Source: an uncultured Actinomycetes bacterium (lineage in GTDB: Bacteria; Actinomycetota; UBA4738; HRBIN12). From it: a stretch of DNA of 64,000 nucleotides. Below the pieces are notes generated by a model. It had not been told where the DNA came from, did no database searches, and was given only the letters and a program-made list of their open reading frames with translations. Below are positions 38,473 to 47,962 of this stretch, in pieces. The number at the start of each line of letters is the position of its first letter. The first letter of the stretch is position 1. Position numbers and translations under genes: made by a program. The stretch covers positions 703,619 through 767,618 of the forward strand of contig CAVOYV010000001.1 in NCBI GenBank assembly GCA_963700855.1. The letters run 5' to 3'.

Positions 38473-39195
38473 GTGCCGTTCACCCTGTTCCCGGCGATCG
38501 ACGTGACCGAGGGCCGTCTCGGTGCGTATTCGAGCGACGGCCCGGTTCCGGTCGATGCGTTCGGCGGCGATCCGTTCGCCGCTGCCGCGGCGTTCTCGAT
38601 GGCGGGCGCGACGTGGCTCCACGTGGTCGACATGGATCTCGCGTTCACCGGCGAGGTCCGCAACGCCGGCGTGATCGCAACCGTCGTGGCCGGTCTGCCA
38701 CAGGTCCGCGTCCAGGCGAGCGGGGGGATCGCCACGCGGGCTGCAGCCGAGACGATGCTGGACGCCGGCGCGTCCCGGGTGGTCCTCGGGTCGGCCGTGC
38801 TCGACGACCCGGGAACGACCCGCGAGCTGCTCGGGGTCACCTCCGGACGGGCCATCGTGGGGATCGAGGTCGACGGGGGCCGGATCCGCGCGAGGGGTGG
38901 TTCCGGGGTCGACCTGGACCTGATGTCGACCCTCGGCTGGCTCGCGCTCACCCCCGGGCTGCACGGTCTGCTCGTGACATCGGTCGCGAGGGTGGGGGGC
39001 CTCGAGGGACCCGACGTCGAGACCGTCCGCCGTGTGATGCGGCGAGGGTTCCCGGTGCTCGCCGCCGGGGGGATCGCGTCCCTCGACGACCTCGTCGCGC
39101 TTCGAGAGGCGGGTGCCGTCGGGGCCGTCATCGGACGAGCCGTCTCCGAGGGATCGCTCGACCTGGGGGCGGCGCTGCGGTGGGCCAGCGTCTGA
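38473..39195 (+). CDS. HisA/PriA-family (beta-alpha)8 barrel protein, divergent
   Basis: FPAIDVTEGRL, WLHVVDMDLAF, QASGGI and LAAGGIASLDDL, VIGRAV match the HisA family. GTG 38473 lies inside listed ORF 38107..39195, 36 nt upstream of trpC. Confidence 0.75.
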   Translation: MPFTLFPAIDVTEGRLGAYSSDGPVPVDAFGGDPFAAAAAFSMAGATWLHVVDMDLAFTGEVRNAGVIATVVAGLPQVRVQASGGIATRAAAETMLDAGASRVVLGSAVLDDPGTTRELLGVTSGRAIVGIEVDGGRIRARGGSGVDLDLMSTLGWLALTPGLHGLLVTSVARVGGLEGPDVETVRRVMRRGFPVLAAGGIASLDDLVALREAGAVGAVIGRAVSEGSLDLGAALRWASV

Positions 39196-39231
39196 GGGCG
39201 ATCCTCGGCGCTCGATAGACTCCCCGATCCC

Positions 39232-40023
39232 ATGGGCTTCCTCACCGACCTCACGGCCCAGATACGAGTCGACCTCCGCGCGCACCCGCTCGACGAGGGG
39301 GCGCTCCGGGCAGCGGTGGACGACGTGCCCGAGGCGCGGAACCTGGCGTGGGCGCTTCGTGGATACGCGGCGGAGGACGGCGTGGCGATGATCGCCGAGG
39401 TGAAACGCGCGTCGCCCTCGGCGGGGGCGATCGCCGCGAACGCCGACCCGATCCTGCAGGCCACGGCCTATGACGTGGCGGGAGCGGCCGCGATCTCGGT
39501 GCTCACCGAACCCTCTCACTTCGGGGGGTCGTTGGACGACCTCCGCGCGGTCCGAGCCGCCGTGCTGCATCCCGTGCTGCGCAAGGACTTCCTCGTGGAC
39601 GCCGCCCAGGTCGTCGAGGCACGCGCGGCCGGGGCGGACTCGGTCCTGCTGATCACGTCGTGCCTCGCCGACGACGAGCTCGCCGCGATGCTGACCGTCG
39701 CCCGCGAGCTCGGGATGGAGCCGCTGGTCGAGACCCACTCCGACGAGGACCTCGACCGCGCGCTCGCGACCGATGCGGAGATCGTCGGGGTCAACGCTCG
39801 CGATCTCGAGAGCCTCCGGGTCGACGTCGAGGCGGCCCTCGCGAGGCTCCGGCGCGTCCCCGGCGACCGGGTCGCGGTCCTCGAGTCCGGTATCTCGACG
39901 CGCGCCCACGTGGTGGCGGCGGTCGACGCGGGCGCGTCTGCCATCCTGGTGGGCGAGGCGCTGATGCGCGCCGCCGATCCCGGCGCAGCGATCCACCACC
40001 TGGTCACCGGAGAGGAGTCCTGA
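39232..40023 (+). CDS. trpC: Indole-3-glycerol phosphate synthase
   Basis: [25 protein letters not shown] and ESGI. There is no fused TrpF domain. Confidence 0.9.
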   Translation: MGFLTDLTAQIRVDLRAHPLDEGALRAAVDDVPEARNLAWALRGYAAEDGVAMIAEVKRASPSAGAIAANADPILQATAYDVAGAAAISVLTEPSHFGGSLDDLRAVRAAVLHPVLRKDFLVDAAQVVEARAAGADSVLLITSCLADDELAAMLTVARELGMEPLVETHSDEDLDRALATDAEIVGVNARDLESLRVDVEAALARLRRVPGDRVAVLESGISTRAHVVAAVDAGASAILVGEALMRAADPGAAIHHLVTGEES

Positions 40024-40027
40024 GGAG

Positions 40028-41222
40028 ATGAGCGCGACCGCACCCGCGCGACCCGACGAACGAGGTCGCTTCGGTCCGTACGGCGGGCGGTACGCCCCCG
40101 AGGTTCTCATCCCGGCCCTCGACGAGCTCGACGCGGCCTGGCGATCCCTCCGGGACGATCCGGGGTTCCGCGGTGAGCTGGCGGCGCTGCTCCGCGACTT
40201 CGTCGGCCGTCCCACCCCGATCACGCACGCGGCGGGCCTGTCGGCCGAGCTCGGGTACGACGTGTGGCTCAAGCGGGAAGATCTTGCGCACACCGGCGCC
40301 CACAAGATCAACAACACGGTCGGGCAGATCCTTCTCGCGAGGCAGGTCGGCAAGACGCGGATTATCGCCGAGACCGGGGCCGGACAGCATGGGGTTGCGA
40401 CGGCCACCGTCGCTGCGCGCTGCTCGGACTCCAGTGCATCGTCTATATGGGTGAGGAAGACACCCACCGGCAGGCGCCGAACGTCGGCGGATGGAGATGC
40501 TGGGCGCCCAGGTCGTCCCGGTCACGGCGGGATCGCGCACCTTGAAGGAAGCCGTGAACGAGGCGATGCGCGATTGGGCGGCGACGGTGCGGACGACCCA
40601 CTACGTGATCGGCTCGGTCGTCGGTCCCCATCCCTTCCCCGGCCTGGTCCGCGATCTCCAGCGCGTGATCGGCGACGAGGCTCGGGCCCAGTACGCCGAG
40701 CGTCTCGGCGGCGACCCCGCGTACGTGCTCGCGTGCGTGGGTGGCGGATCGAACGCGATCGGCATGTTCACGGCGTTCGTCGAGGCCCCGGGAGTGACGC
40801 TGATCGGGGTCGAGGCCGGTGGGGTCGGCATGGAGCTCGGTCGTCACTGCTCGTCCCTGACGCAGGGGGAGCCGGGGGTGCTCCACGGCGCGCTGTCGTA
40901 CCTGCTCCAGGACGCCGACGGCCAGGTGATCGAGACCCACTCGATCTCCGCGGGTCTCGACTACCCGGGGGTCGGCCCCGAGCATGCCTACCTCAAGGAT
41001 GCCGGGCTCGCGACGTACGTCAGCGCCACCGATGAGGAGGCGCTCGAGGGGTTCCAGCTGCTCGCACGGACCGAGGGCATCCTGCCCGCCCTCGAGCCGT
41101 CCCACGTGATCGGGTGGCTCCGCCGTCACGAGCTCCCCGAGGGCGCTCGGATCCTCGTGTGCCTGTCCGGCCGAGGCGACAAGGACCTCGACACCGTCCG
41201 CTCCGCGCTGGGGCGAGACTGA
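40028..41222 (+). pseudogene. trpB: Tryptophan synthase beta chain, with the reading frame interrupted twice in this sequence
   Basis: 40028 to ~40417 encodes ...[11 protein letters not shown]...[14 protein letters not shown]. From ~40417 to 40488 the conserved sequence [23 protein letters not shown] is in the -1 frame. From 40488 onward [30 protein letters not shown]...GGGSNAIG... lies in a third frame and runs to the stop at 41222. Confidence 0.9.
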
Positions 41223-41995
41223 TGGGCGCCCTCGAGACGGCGCTCCGCGGCGTCCGCGACGCGGGACGGAAGTCGTTCGTCCCGTACGTGACGGGCGGGT
41301 TGCCAGGGGTCGACGCCACGCTGCTGCGAGGTCTGCAGGAGGCGGGCGCAGACGCGATCGAGGTCGGCGTCCCCCATTCCGACCCGATCATGGACGGCGG
41401 GGTGATCCAGGAGGCCTCCCGCCTGTCGCTCGAGCACGGCACGCACCCGCGCGACGTCCTGGACACGGTCGCCGAGGCGGCGCTCACGATCCCGGTCGCC
41501 GTGATGACCTACGTGAACCCGCTCGTGCGACGGGGGTTCGAGGCGGCCGTCGAGGACATGGCGGCGGCCGGCGTGAGCGGCGTGATCGTGCCCGACCTCC
41601 CGGTCGACGAAGCGCAGGTCTTCGAAGACCTGGCGGGGGCGCACGGGATCGACACCGTCCTGCTGGCGGCACCCGGCACGGCGCCGTCGAGGATCGAGGC
41701 GATCGCGGCCGCGGCACACGGGTTCGTCTACTGCGTGGCCACGTACGGGGTGACGGGGGCGCGCGACGAGCTCGCCTCCACCGCCCGTGAGGTGGTCGCG
41801 TCCCTCCGACCCCACACGGACCTCCCGCTACTGGTCGGGGTGGGGATCGCGACCCCGGCCCACGCCGAGCAGGCATGCGGGTTCGCCGACGGGGTGATCG
41901 TCGGCAGCGCGCTCGTGTCGCGGTTGCTCGACGACGGTCCGGTCGCCGCGCTGGCGCTGGCGAGCGCCTTCCGGGAGGCGATCGTCGCGGCCTGA
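41222..41995 (+). CDS. trpA: Tryptophan synthase alpha chain
   Basis: FVPYVTGG, EVGVPHSDPIMDG and GFVYCVATYGVTG. The ATG shares one base with the trpB stop. Confidence 0.9.
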   Translation: MGALETALRGVRDAGRKSFVPYVTGGLPGVDATLLRGLQEAGADAIEVGVPHSDPIMDGGVIQEASRLSLEHGTHPRDVLDTVAEAALTIPVAVMTYVNPLVRRGFEAAVEDMAAAGVSGVIVPDLPVDEAQVFEDLAGAHGIDTVLLAAPGTAPSRIEAIAAAAHGFVYCVATYGVTGARDELASTAREVVASLRPHTDLPLLVGVGIATPAHAEQACGFADGVIVGSALVSRLLDDGPVAALALASAFREAIVAA

Positions 41996-42134
41996 GGTCC
42001 ATCCCCGAGCTGCCTGCCCGACGTATCCGCTGGGCAGCGGGACCCGAACGGCCCGCACCGATGGGTTGGCTTCCTCGGGTCGATGTGATACCAACACGGG
42101 TCATCTTTCCGAGGAAGCACGAAAGGGGGACGTC

Positions 42135-43472
42135 TTGAAGCAACGGAAGTGGGCGACGATGGTCGCCGGTTTGCTCGCCCTGTCCCTCGTCGGCGCCGCA
42201 TGCGCGAACGACGAGGACACGAGCGCGAGCGACACGGGAGCGACCGAGCCGGCGCCGGGTGGCGAGGTGGATTGCGCCACGGTGGAGTTCGGGTGCGTCG
42301 AGGTGGCGTCGGGTGAGCCGATCCAGGTCGGCACCCTGCTCTCGATCTCGGGCGACACCGCGTCGCTCGGTCTCGACAGCCAGGCGGGCGCCGAGCTCGC
42401 CGTCGACTACCTCGACGGTGCGTTCGACGGCACGATGGGGCAGGTCCTCGGCTACGACATCGAATGGCAGCACGAGGACGACGGCTGCTCTGCCGAAGGT
42501 GGTCAGGCCGGTGGGACCGCCTTGTCGACGAACGAGAGCCTGGTCGCCGTCGTCGGGACCAGTTGCTCGAGCTCCGCGCTCGGCGTCGCCGACAAGATCC
42601 TGGGCGACCTGGGCATCCCGCTCATCTCGCCGTCGAACACGGCGCCGACCCTCACGGACCCCACGGCCCACAACCCCTTCTACCTCCGGATCGCGCACAA
42701 CGACCGGATCCAGGGCGCGATCGTGGCCGAGTTCGTCTACAACGAGCTGGGGCTCATGAGCGCCGCCACGATCCAGGACGAGTCCCCGTACACCGCGGGT
42801 CTCGCGGCCGCGTTCAAGGAGAACTTCGAAACCCTTGGTGGCACGATCACCGGGCAGGAGCAGATCAACTCGGGCGACAAGGACTTCAAGGCAACCCTCA
42901 ACAGCCTTGCCCCCGGGAACCCGGAGGCGGTCTACGCACCGGACTTCAACCCGGCGTGCGCCCTGATCGCGAAGCAGGCCGCTGACATCTTGCCCGACGC
43001 CACGCTCCTCGGTTCGGACGGGTGCCTCGCGACCGACTTCCTGGACATCGCCGGCTCCGCAGCAGGCGGGTTCTGGGCGTCCTCGCCCGACGTGACGGCG
43101 TTCCAGGAAGGCGAGTTCTACACCGGCGAGTTCCTGCCCGCGTACCAGGAGGCCGTCGGCACCGAGCCGACCTCGGTCTTCCACCTGCACGCCTTCGACT
43201 CAGCGAACGTCATCTTCAACGCGATCGAGCAGGTCGCGATCGAGAACGAGGACGGATCGCTCTCGATCCCGCGGATGGCTTTGAAGGACGCGCTGTTCGC
43301 GACGGAGGGCTTCGCGGGAGCGACCGGCACGATCACGTGTCTCGACACGGGTGACTGCGCGTCGGCCGTGACGATCGGCCTCTACGAGGCGCCGAACTGG
43401 CCCGTCGAGGGCGGCGAGGGCGACGGCGCGCCGACGTACAGCGCGACGAAGTCGCTCGCTGACGTCGCGTAG
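42135..43472 (+). CDS. Branched-chain/hydrophobic amino-acid ABC transporter substrate-binding lipoprotein (LivK-like)
   Basis: Signal peptide with LVGAAC lipobox and a Peripla_BP_6-like body. TTG 42135 lies 5 nt after AAGGGGGA; ATG 42159 is an alternative start. Confidence 0.85.
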   Translation: MKQRKWATMVAGLLALSLVGAACANDEDTSASDTGATEPAPGGEVDCATVEFGCVEVASGEPIQVGTLLSISGDTASLGLDSQAGAELAVDYLDGAFDGTMGQVLGYDIEWQHEDDGCSAEGGQAGGTALSTNESLVAVVGTSCSSSALGVADKILGDLGIPLISPSNTAPTLTDPTAHNPFYLRIAHNDRIQGAIVAEFVYNELGLMSAATIQDESPYTAGLAAAFKENFETLGGTITGQEQINSGDKDFKATLNSLAPGNPEAVYAPDFNPACALIAKQAADILPDATLLGSDGCLATDFLDIAGSAAGGFWASSPDVTAFQEGEFYTGEFLPAYQEAVGTEPTSVFHLHAFDSANVIFNAIEQVAIENEDGSLSIPRMALKDALFATEGFAGATGTITCLDTGDCASAVTIGLYEAPNWPVEGGEGDGAPTYSATKSLADVA

Positions 43473-43501
43473 GACAGGCGCGACCGAGAGGTTCGGACAG
43501 G

Positions 43502-43535
43502 GGTCGCGGGCGAGCCGGAAGGCTCGCCCGCGACC
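43502..43535 (+). terminator. Strong intercistronic stem-loop between the binding-protein and permease genes
   Basis: A 15 bp perfect stem (ggtcgcgggcgagcc / ggctcgcccgcgacc) with a GGAA loop and no U tract. Confidence 0.5.
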
Positions 43536-43558
43536 TCTTCCGCGAGGGGACAGGACAC

Positions 43559-44665
43559 GTGGCGGAGCAGCGGGGAACCGGGGTGGCGATCTCCGACATG
43601 CGGATGAGCCGGTTCGAACGGCTCCCGTGGCGCAGGATCATCCTCACCGTTCTGTCGATCGCGATCACCATCTTCGTGGTCGTCGGTGCCTACCGGACCC
43701 TCAGCCTGCCCGAGGGGCAGCGCTACACGCCTGAGCTCTGGGCGAACTTCGTGGTCGAGGGGATCTCGCAGGGCGCGCTCTACGCGCTGATCGCCCTCGG
43801 CTACAGCCTGGTGTACGGCATCCTCAAGATGATCAACTTCGCGCACGGCGAGGTCTTCATGTTCGGCGCCTTCGGCTCGTTCTTCTTCGCCGACGCCTTC
43901 TCGCGGAGCGGCTTCCTCGATGACAGCCCCTACCTCGCGATCGCGATCTTGTTCCTCGTGGCGATGACGATCTCGATCACGATCGCGTTCCTGCTCGAGC
44001 GGATCGCCTACCGGCCGTTGCGCTCCGCGCCCAGGTTGGTGCCGTTGATCACCGCGATCGGGGCATCGTTGTTCCTGCAGAACACGGCTCGCGGTTTCTG
44101 GGGGCAGAACTCCCGCGGCTACCCTCTCCCGTCGGTCCTCGACGGAGAGTGGACGATAGGCTTCGTGACGATCCTCAAGATCCAGGCCCTGATCCTCGTG
44201 GTCTCGGTCGTCCTGATGGTCGGGTTGCAGCTGCTCGTCTCCCGCACGCGGACCGGGCGGTCGATGCGCGCGGTCGCGGAGGACCGGGAGATCGCGAGCT
44301 TGATGGGCATCGGCGTGGACCGGGTGATCGTGACGACCTTCGTGATCGGCGGGGCGCTGGCCGGGATCGCGGGCGTCCTGTTCGCGATGCTCTTCGGGTC
44401 GGTGGACTTCTTCATGGGCTTCAAGCCCGGGATCGCAGCGTTCACGGCCGCCGTGCTCGGTGGCATCGGCAGCATCAGCGGGGCGGCGCTCGGCGGCCTT
44501 CTGCTCGGGGTGCTCCGGTCCGTGGGCCCCGCGCTGATCCTGACCGGGTACGGGGTGCCGAGCCCCTTCCAGCTCCGCGATGCCTTCGTGTTCGTCGTGC
44601 TCGTGTTCGTCCTCATCTTCCGGCCCAATGGCCTCCTCGGCTCGAGCGCGCAGGAGAAGGTGTGA
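43559..44665 (+). CDS. livH: Branched-chain amino-acid ABC permease (LivH-like)
   Basis: GALYALIALGYSLVYGILKMINFAHGE and a polytopic topology. Confidence 0.9.
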   Translation: MAEQRGTGVAISDMRMSRFERLPWRRIILTVLSIAITIFVVVGAYRTLSLPEGQRYTPELWANFVVEGISQGALYALIALGYSLVYGILKMINFAHGEVFMFGAFGSFFFADAFSRSGFLDDSPYLAIAILFLVAMTISITIAFLLERIAYRPLRSAPRLVPLITAIGASLFLQNTARGFWGQNSRGYPLPSVLDGEWTIGFVTILKIQALILVVSVVLMVGLQLLVSRTRTGRSMRAVAEDREIASLMGIGVDRVIVTTFVIGGALAGIAGVLFAMLFGSVDFFMGFKPGIAAFTAAVLGGIGSISGAALGGLLLGVLRSVGPALILTGYGVPSPFQLRDAFVFVVLVFVLIFRPNGLLGSSAQEKV

Positions 44666-46443
44666 TGAGGGACCTCCCGCGACCCGTGCGTCTCGGCCTC
44701 CTCGGCGGTGCGGGCCTCGTCTACCTCACCTTCGTAGGACTCCTCACGAAGTTCGTGGACAGCGAGGTGAACCTGGTCGGGGAGCAGCTCACGCTCGCGC
44801 TCGTGCTCTTGCTCCTGCCCGCCGCCCTGACCGGCTGGCTGGCGGCCGGGAGCCAGGTCGTCGCGGGGCGCCGCGTCGAACCTCGGCTGGGGGCGGCCGC
44901 CCTCGCCGGGCTCACGGCAGGGGCGATCGCGGGGGCGATCGGTGGCGCGACCGCGGTCGCGATCGACCTGATCGGGACCGATCGCGTGCGGGAGATCTTC
45001 CTCCCGATCACCCCGGAGCTGATCTCGTTCATGACGTTCGACGTCACGCCCATCGCGCTGGGGGCCCTCGTGCTCACGGCGGTCTGCCTCGTGATCGGCT
45101 CCGCGGGAGCCGTCCTTCGGACCCTGCCGGACCTGCCGCGCAAGCCGATCATGAGCGCCGTGTGGGCGGTCCTGCTGATGGGCGGCCTGCAGCGGATCGT
45201 GCCGAACACGCTCGACGCGCTCGAGATCGAACGGGACTGGCTCTACAGCGACGTCACGGGCGGGCTGACGTGGATGGGCGCGATCGTCGTCGCCGCGGTG
45301 GCGGCCGGGCTGTCGGTCCTCAAGGCCCGGCGCGGTGCGGCCATCCGCGCGAAGCTCGTGCCCCGTCCCGACGGCCGACCCTCGCCGGGTCGCGTGGTCG
45401 CGTTCGTTCTGATCGTCGTGCTGGTCCTGCTCGCGCCCCCCCTGCTGGGCAAGGACATGTCGCAGGTGCTCGGGCTGGTCGGTGTGTACGCGCTGCTCGC
45501 GCTCGGGTTGAACATCGTCGTCGGGTACGCGGGGATGCTCCACCTGGGCTTCGTGTTCTTCCTCGCGTTCGGCGCCTACACGACGGCGCTGCTCACGGGG
45601 GCGACGCTGAACATCTTCACCGGGTCGACCGAGCCCGCCTTCGCCGCGAACCTGAACTTCTACCTGGCGCTGCCGATCGTGATGCTCCTCGCGGCCGGGG
45701 TCAGCGTCCTGATCGGCGCCCCCGTGCTCCGGTTGCGGGGCGACTACCTCGCCCTCGTCACGCTCGCGATCGGCGAGACGATCACGGTGCTGGTCGCGAG
45801 TCCGTGGCTCGAGCCCCTCGTGGGGGGACCGGCGGGGATGCGCGACATCACCGACGCCGGCTTCGCGGGCATCAGTTTCCGCGACCCCACCAACTTCGTG
45901 TACCTGGCCCTGGTCTTCGTGCTCGTCGCGCTGTTCGTCTCGTGGCGGTTGATCAACAGCCGGGTCGGCCGCGGCTGGACCGCGATGCGCGAGGACGAGC
46001 AGATCGCCGAGGCGATGGGCGTGAGCATCGTCCGTTACAAGCTGCTCGCCTTCGCGGTGGGTGGCGCGATGGGCGCGATGGGCGGGGCACTGTTCGCGGT
46101 GAAGCTGGGCTCGCTCACCCCGGCCAGCTTCGAGGTGATCGTGTCGATCCAGGTGTTGGGGATCGTGATCCTCGGCGGCATGGGGAGCCTCCCGGGCGTG
46201 ATCGTCGGCGCCCTCGTCCTGGTCGGGCTCCCTGGGCTGCTCCGCGAGTTCGAGGAATACCGCCTGCTCGTCTACGGCGCCGCCCTGGTGGCGATCATGC
46301 TCCTGCGGCCGCAGGGGCTGGTCCCCAACGTCCGGCGGATGCGCGAGCTGCAGGACGAGGAGAAGGCCCAGGACGCGTGGCAGCAGATCTTCGACACACC
46401 CGACGCGTCCGACGAGACGCCGGCCGAGGGGGCGACGACGTGA
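44665..46443 (+). CDS. livM: Branched-chain amino-acid ABC permease (LivM-like) with a ~250-aa N-terminal membrane extension
   Basis: The core LALGLNIVVGYAGMLHLGFVFFLAFGAY starts around residue 260. ATG 44665 shares one base with the livH stop. Confidence 0.85.
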   Translation: MRDLPRPVRLGLLGGAGLVYLTFVGLLTKFVDSEVNLVGEQLTLALVLLLLPAALTGWLAAGSQVVAGRRVEPRLGAAALAGLTAGAIAGAIGGATAVAIDLIGTDRVREIFLPITPELISFMTFDVTPIALGALVLTAVCLVIGSAGAVLRTLPDLPRKPIMSAVWAVLLMGGLQRIVPNTLDALEIERDWLYSDVTGGLTWMGAIVVAAVAAGLSVLKARRGAAIRAKLVPRPDGRPSPGRVVAFVLIVVLVLLAPPLLGKDMSQVLGLVGVYALLALGLNIVVGYAGMLHLGFVFFLAFGAYTTALLTGATLNIFTGSTEPAFAANLNFYLALPIVMLLAAGVSVLIGAPVLRLRGDYLALVTLAIGETITVLVASPWLEPLVGGPAGMRDITDAGFAGISFRDPTNFVYLALVFVLVALFVSWRLINSRVGRGWTAMREDEQIAEAMGVSIVRYKLLAFAVGGAMGAMGGALFAVKLGSLTPASFEVIVSIQVLGIVILGGMGSLPGVIVGALVLVGLPGLLREFEEYRLLVYGAALVAIMLLRPQGLVPNVRRMRELQDEEKAQDAWQQIFDTPDASDETPAEGATT

Positions 46444-47228
46444 GCCCACTGCTGGAGGCCCGCGGGATCCGCAAGGCCTTCGGTGGGCTCGCCGCGCTCG
46501 ACGGGCTCGACCTCCACGTCGACCAGGGCGAGATCGTCTCGGTGATCGGTCCGAACGGCGCCGGGAAGAGCACCCTGTTCAACGTGATCACGGCCCAGTA
46601 CGCGCCCGACGAAGGCGACGTGCTGTTCCGTGGCGAGTCGATCCTCGACCTGCGCCCCCACCAGATCGTGAAGATCGGGATCGCGCGGACCTTCCAGAAC
46701 GTGAAGCTCTTCCCGAACATGACGATCCTCGAGAACGCGATGGTCGGCCAGCACTGCCGGTCGAAGGGGGGGATGGTCGGCGCGATCTTGCGGACCCCAT
46801 CGATCATGCGCGAGGAGGCGAAGATCCGCGAACGTGCGGCGACCGCGCTCGGGTTCTTCGGGCCGCGGCTGTCCGGGTACCGTCAGGAGCAGCCGGCGTT
46901 CGTGCTGTCCTACGCGAACCGTCGCCGGCTCGAGATGGCGCGCGCGATGGCGACCGATCCCCAGGTGCTGCTACTCGACGAGCCGACCGCGGGGATGAAT
47001 CCGCGCGAGACGCTCGAACTCCGCGACCACATCGTGCGGATGCGCGACGAGCTGCAACTCACCGTCGTGGTGATCGAGCACGACATGCGGGTCGTCAAAG
47101 GGGTCTCCGATCGCGTGATCGCCTGCGACTACGGGCGCAAGATCGCCGAGGGGACCTATGAGCAGGTCGCGAGCGACGAGAAGGTGATCGAGGCCTACCT
47201 CGGCAAGCGTCACGAGGAGCTCCGATGA
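46440..47228 (+). CDS. livG: ABC ATPase (LivG-like)
   Basis: GPNGAGKST, LSYANRRRLEMARA and LLLDEPTAGM. GTGA overlap. Confidence 0.9.
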   Translation: MSPLLEARGIRKAFGGLAALDGLDLHVDQGEIVSVIGPNGAGKSTLFNVITAQYAPDEGDVLFRGESILDLRPHQIVKIGIARTFQNVKLFPNMTILENAMVGQHCRSKGGMVGAILRTPSIMREEAKIRERAATALGFFGPRLSGYRQEQPAFVLSYANRRRLEMARAMATDPQVLLLDEPTAGMNPRETLELRDHIVRMRDELQLTVVVIEHDMRVVKGVSDRVIACDYGRKIAEGTYEQVASDEKVIEAYLGKRHEELR

Positions 47229-47962
47229 GCAGCCCGGGTGACGCGCGTCAGCCGGTGCTCGAGCTCCGCGACGTGAGCACCCACTACGGGCTCGTGTCGG
47301 TGCTGCGCCACGTCGACATGCAGGTCTACCCCGGTGAGATGGTCTGCCTGCTCGGAGGGAACGCGAGCGGGAAGAGCACGACCCTGAAGACGGTCTTGGG
47401 CTACGTCGTTCCGACCGAGGGCGAGGTCGTCTTCGAAGGCGAGGTGGTGAGCGGCCTCACGACCGCGCAGATCGTCCAGCGCGGCGTCTCGATGGTCCCG
47501 GAGAACCGCCGTCTGTTCGCCAACATGACCGTCGAGGAGAACCTGACCCTCGGTGCGTACCTCCGGTCCGACCGCGAGGGCATCGAGCGCGACCGTGAAC
47601 AGGTGCTCGAGACCTTCCCGCGGATCCGCGAGCGCCTGAAGCAGAAGGCCGGGACGCTGTCGGGCGGTGAGCAGCAGATGGTCGCGATGGGCCGGGCCCT
47701 GATGGCGAACCCGCGGTTGCTGCTGATGGACGAGCCGTCGATGGGGCTCGCCCCGGTGCTCGTCGAACAGGTCTTCGAGATCATCCAGCAGATCCGCGCG
47801 CTCGGGAAGACGATCTTCGTCGTCGAACAGAACGCGAACATGGCCCTGTCGATCGCCGACCGCGGCTACGTGATCCAGACCGGCCAGGTCGTACTGGCCG
47901 ACACCGCGGCGAACCTGCTCGCGAACCCGCTGATGCGTGAGGCCTACCTGGGCGAGCTGTGA
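47225..47962 (+). CDS. livF: ABC ATPase (LivF-like)
   Basis: GGNASGKST, LSGGEQQMVAMGRA and LLMDEPSMGL. ATGA overlap. Confidence 0.9.
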   Translation: MSSPGDARQPVLELRDVSTHYGLVSVLRHVDMQVYPGEMVCLLGGNASGKSTTLKTVLGYVVPTEGEVVFEGEVVSGLTTAQIVQRGVSMVPENRRLFANMTVEENLTLGAYLRSDREGIERDREQVLETFPRIRERLKQKAGTLSGGEQQMVAMGRALMANPRLLLMDEPSMGLAPVLVEQVFEIIQQIRALGKTIFVVEQNANMALSIADRGYVIQTGQVVLADTAANLLANPLMREAYLGEL

